Below, piece by piece: positions 60,406 to 64,000 of a stretch of 64,000 nt of DNA (position 1 is the first letter of the stretch; each line of letters starts with the position of its first letter). A program made the translations under genes and the position numbers. This stretch comes from Eledone cirrhosa. Its lineage: Eukaryota. The notes beneath the pieces are model-generated. The model searched no databases. It was not told the DNA's origin and saw only the letters and a list, made by a program, of their open reading frames with translations. The stretch spans positions 38,626,001-38,690,000 of the forward strand of contig OZ024751.1 of NCBI GenBank assembly GCA_964016885.1, given 5' to 3'.

Positions 60406-62142
60406 ACACACACACACACAATTATATATATATATATTATATATATAATATGTATACATTCATGCATGCATGGCGTGGCACATGCCACACATCTTTGTTA
60501 CAGTCGTTGTTTGGAAATGTTGGTGGTGTGTGGCATTGATACACATATTATAATGTGAATGGATGATGGCGGATATATTGTAATTCCTCTAATATCCAAA
60601 GCTAAAAGAGAAATCCAATTTGCAGTCACGGAAAGAGTTGGCATTGTCAGCAGTCATGTGTGTATGTATGTATGTATGTATGTATGTATGTATGTATGTA
60701 TGTTATGTATGTATGTATGTATGTATGTATGTATGTTTATGTGTTTCTCCGTCTCAAATATAGGAGTGTGGCTATGGAGAGTTTATTTGTATATGTGTGT
60801 GTGTGTGCTTGTAAATGTGAGTGAAAGTGTATCGCAGCCTGTGTACATTTGTGAGTGTAAGTGTACTTGTCTGAATGTTAACTACGGTGGGGGGGGGGGG
60901 GTCGTGTGTATGAGAGTTTGGTACACAATAGGAATTGGAATCACGATCATTAGAAACCCCATAGGGGAATCTGCAGCCGGAAACAATACTTCTAAAACTA
61001 TGGACATTTTTAATTCCGATGTGTCCTCTTTTTTCTATCTAATAACACCCAGCAAATGTACAGCTGCCAATTGTTGCATTGAACTGGCTTTAAAAATTGT
61101 ACAAAATGATTTCTGCTCATCACGTATAAAAATAAAATGGTTATTAAAATACTCGCTTTCACAGTAGTAATGGTGATTAACTAAATTTCATAGCGTTTAA
61201 TTAGTTAATAAAAAAAAAATTGTTAGTGAATAATATTACATTTTTTTCTTAGCTTCTGTCGAAAATAATGGAATTAAATTCCCAGCTCACACCTATGCAG
61301 GTTTAACTGGCCTACTATTAGGTGTACATTTTATGTGAGGTATCTCGGGGAGTTTAACGAGGCTAGTCCATGTCATGACGAGGTATGAAACGCAACGTGA
61401 AATGAATCAATGATCTGACTTTACAAACTATACAAATAATTTCTAATCTTCACGTATCAGAATAAAATGATTTACAATATTCAACATCCCAATATACAAG
61501 GCACATCTTTAAATTCCATAGCACTCAGTTAAATTTAGAGTTAGTTCTTTTGTTGAATAATATTGAATGTTCTGACATTTTAGTCAATATTAAAGGTTTC
61601 GACACAATCAAATTTCGTACAGGCGAGATTTACTGTAGAACTGAAGCGACTTACAGTAAAAGTTAATTTGTCAGAATTACAAAATAAATCTATACCAGGT
61701 TTTCGTGCACGACAACGTTAATGAATTGGGGTAATTGCCAAACCCCAGGTACAGAACTGGTATAGTTTTACAGTTTTAATAAAATATGTTCTACGCTATT
61801 TTTGTGATGTGATTTGTCATCGATGTTTGTAAAATCAAACTACACACGCACACACACACACACATACACACACATACACACACACATGTATATATATTTA
61901 TATAAACACATTATTAGTGGAGCCAGCGTCTAAAAGATCCCGACTTAAGAATCAGTTATATGGATCGTATCAGTTATATCCATCGTATGGATCGGCATTA
62001 AAAATGAGATGTGGTACTTTTCTGGTAACTTGACTTTGCTTCTGTTCATTCACACTCCACGCATAAAACAACTGAGTAGATTCATCGATCTCACTATATA
62101 TAAGTATATACATGAATGCTTATGAGAAATATATATATATAG

Positions 62143-62246
<104 letters not shown>

Positions 62247-63290
62247 CGTGTATGTGAGAATAGAAGGAGAGAATTGAAGAAAGTAATAGATAGTTAGATA
62301 TAGAGGGAGATCTAATCACGAACAATCACATAAATGCTTATACATATGTTAAAAGTGAATGATATCAATTAGAGCTAAATCTGCTATTTCGTCTTTCTAT
62401 ATCTATTCAGTGATTTCCTAAATATCTCAAGGCGATATTATATGTTGAATAAACCTTTTGAATATCATAGCAAGCGACGAAAAGGAAAAGGAAAAACGAA
62501 ATTAAAAAAAATATAAAATAACACATAATATAAAAAGAAAGGAAACCAGTATTATGTTTGGTCGTCGTTGCGTTCATTGGAAGTCAACAACTTGGAGGAT
62601 TGTCCGAATCCAGTTTATTCCAAACGATCAGATGAATAAAATATTCAGTAGCGTTTTGCAAATAGAACCGTCAAATCCTTTCTAATGGAAAAAGATTTTC
62701 GCCTTAATGCAATCGCGACTCCTTGATTGAAAAGAAAAAAAAAGTTACATATAAATAACTAGAGGCCACAGAGAAATACTGGCTGTTTGGCTTTAGTGTC
62801 TGGCTTCTGTAGTCTGTTATTCTCACTATATATTAGGTCTTTAGACTATTTCACAAGGATTAGGCGTATTGTTTTCTTTCACATCTTCACTTTTTTTCTA
62901 CTTTCATTTTCTCTTACCAATGTTTACCTATTTTATTTATTTCTATATTTATTTGTTCGAAGGTATATCTAATGTTTAATCTCAATTTACTTTTCACTGT
63001 TTAACTATTCTGCATTTTCTTTTCGGCTTTATCTTTACTTGCCTATTTATTTTCTACATTTATTTTCTCAATTGATTGTTTTGCTTCTTCGTACTACTAT
63101 TTCCTATTTCATTTTGGTTTTTCTTTGTTTTTTATTCAATTAACCCCCACCATTATTCGGCATTAACACGTATCTTCTTTCAATAATCCCTCTATATATG
63201 TTTCTAGCACAGATTCTTTCATTTATAATTCAGCTTCTTTTACTTTCTAATGCCTACATTTTCACACACACACACGCCATATACACACAC

Positions 63291-63328
<38 letters not shown>

Positions 63329-63604
63329 TACGGATTTTACTCGTTTCTGTTCTCGGTTCTCGTTACTCGGAGTTTTACAAAAAACTTTCCCTGATTAAAT
63401 ACAAAACTATTCAATGCATTGTGTTCGGCATTCAAATGAATCGGATACAAGTGTGTGTGTGTGTCTGTGTGTGTGTCTGTGTGTGTGTATGTGTCTGTGT
63501 ATGTCTGTGTGTCTGTATCTCTCTGTGTGTCTGTGTGTCTCTGTGTCTGTGTCTGTGTGTGTGTGTCTATGTGTGTTTCTGTGTGTGTCCGTTTGTGTGT
63601 ATGT

Positions 63605-63645
<41 letters not shown>

Positions 63646-63734
63646 CACACGAGCGCGTTTCAAAATATTTCCCCGTTCTTTATAAATGCTTCCAAATATT
63701 TCCCGAAACATGGTGCTATCTTAATTTAATAATA

Positions 63735-63950
63735 GAGAATTCGCCTCCCTCGATCGGAACCTCGATCCCACCCATGCTTGTACATCCATCTACTCTTGGT
63801 ACTGTTTGTTTAATCCGGATTCACTGAGACACTGTGCTCATCACACCCGTTCTGATGATCGAATCTATGCCCATATGTTTTGTGACCATCAATATGAATA
63901 GAAGATCATCGGTTTCGACGAGGTGTATTCCAGTCCTTTGGTCAATGACA
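63735..63950 (-). mobile_element. Possible highly degraded Tc1-like transposase fragment
   Basis: Frameshifted pieces KDWN / VETDD / HIDG / DEHSV / [12 protein letters not shown] loosely follow Tc1 DDE motif order. Weak. Confidence 0.3.
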
Positions 63951-64000
63951 TCGCCTACTCAAGGAATAAATATGCCAGTGAATGAGCATTCGCTATCACG

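Noticed and set aside
60559-61167. 202-aa ORF
   Set aside because: Largely (TATG)n/(TG)n/poly-G low complexity; no domain recognised.

Overview
Very AT-rich, microsatellite-saturated eukaryotic DNA. The repeat style (SINEs with a 'ttctgagttcaaat...gtcgataaaataaagtaccag' core, dense (TA)n/(CA)n/(GA)n) looks like an octopod cephalopod; this is inferred from recalled repeat style, not a search. No host protein-coding gene, RNA gene or CRISPR array is supportable, and nearly all listed ORFs are microsatellite translations. There is a 200-N gap at 60206-60405. The main signal: many (TA)n tracts hold short inserts from at least 6-8 unrelated families. They carry type I hammerhead ribozyme (HHR)-like folds, some with family-wide non-canonical cores, and are often fold-backs with one arm extended by a 3' tail. 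This matches the inverted pseudo-LTR architecture of Penelope-like retroelements (PLEs), and the inserts stack in chains within TA tracts. Also present: degraded RTE (Expander/Rex3-like) and CRE-like LINE fragments, tRNA-derived SINEs, a MITE and a 45-bp Asp-coding minisatellite. All folds and alignments were read by eye.
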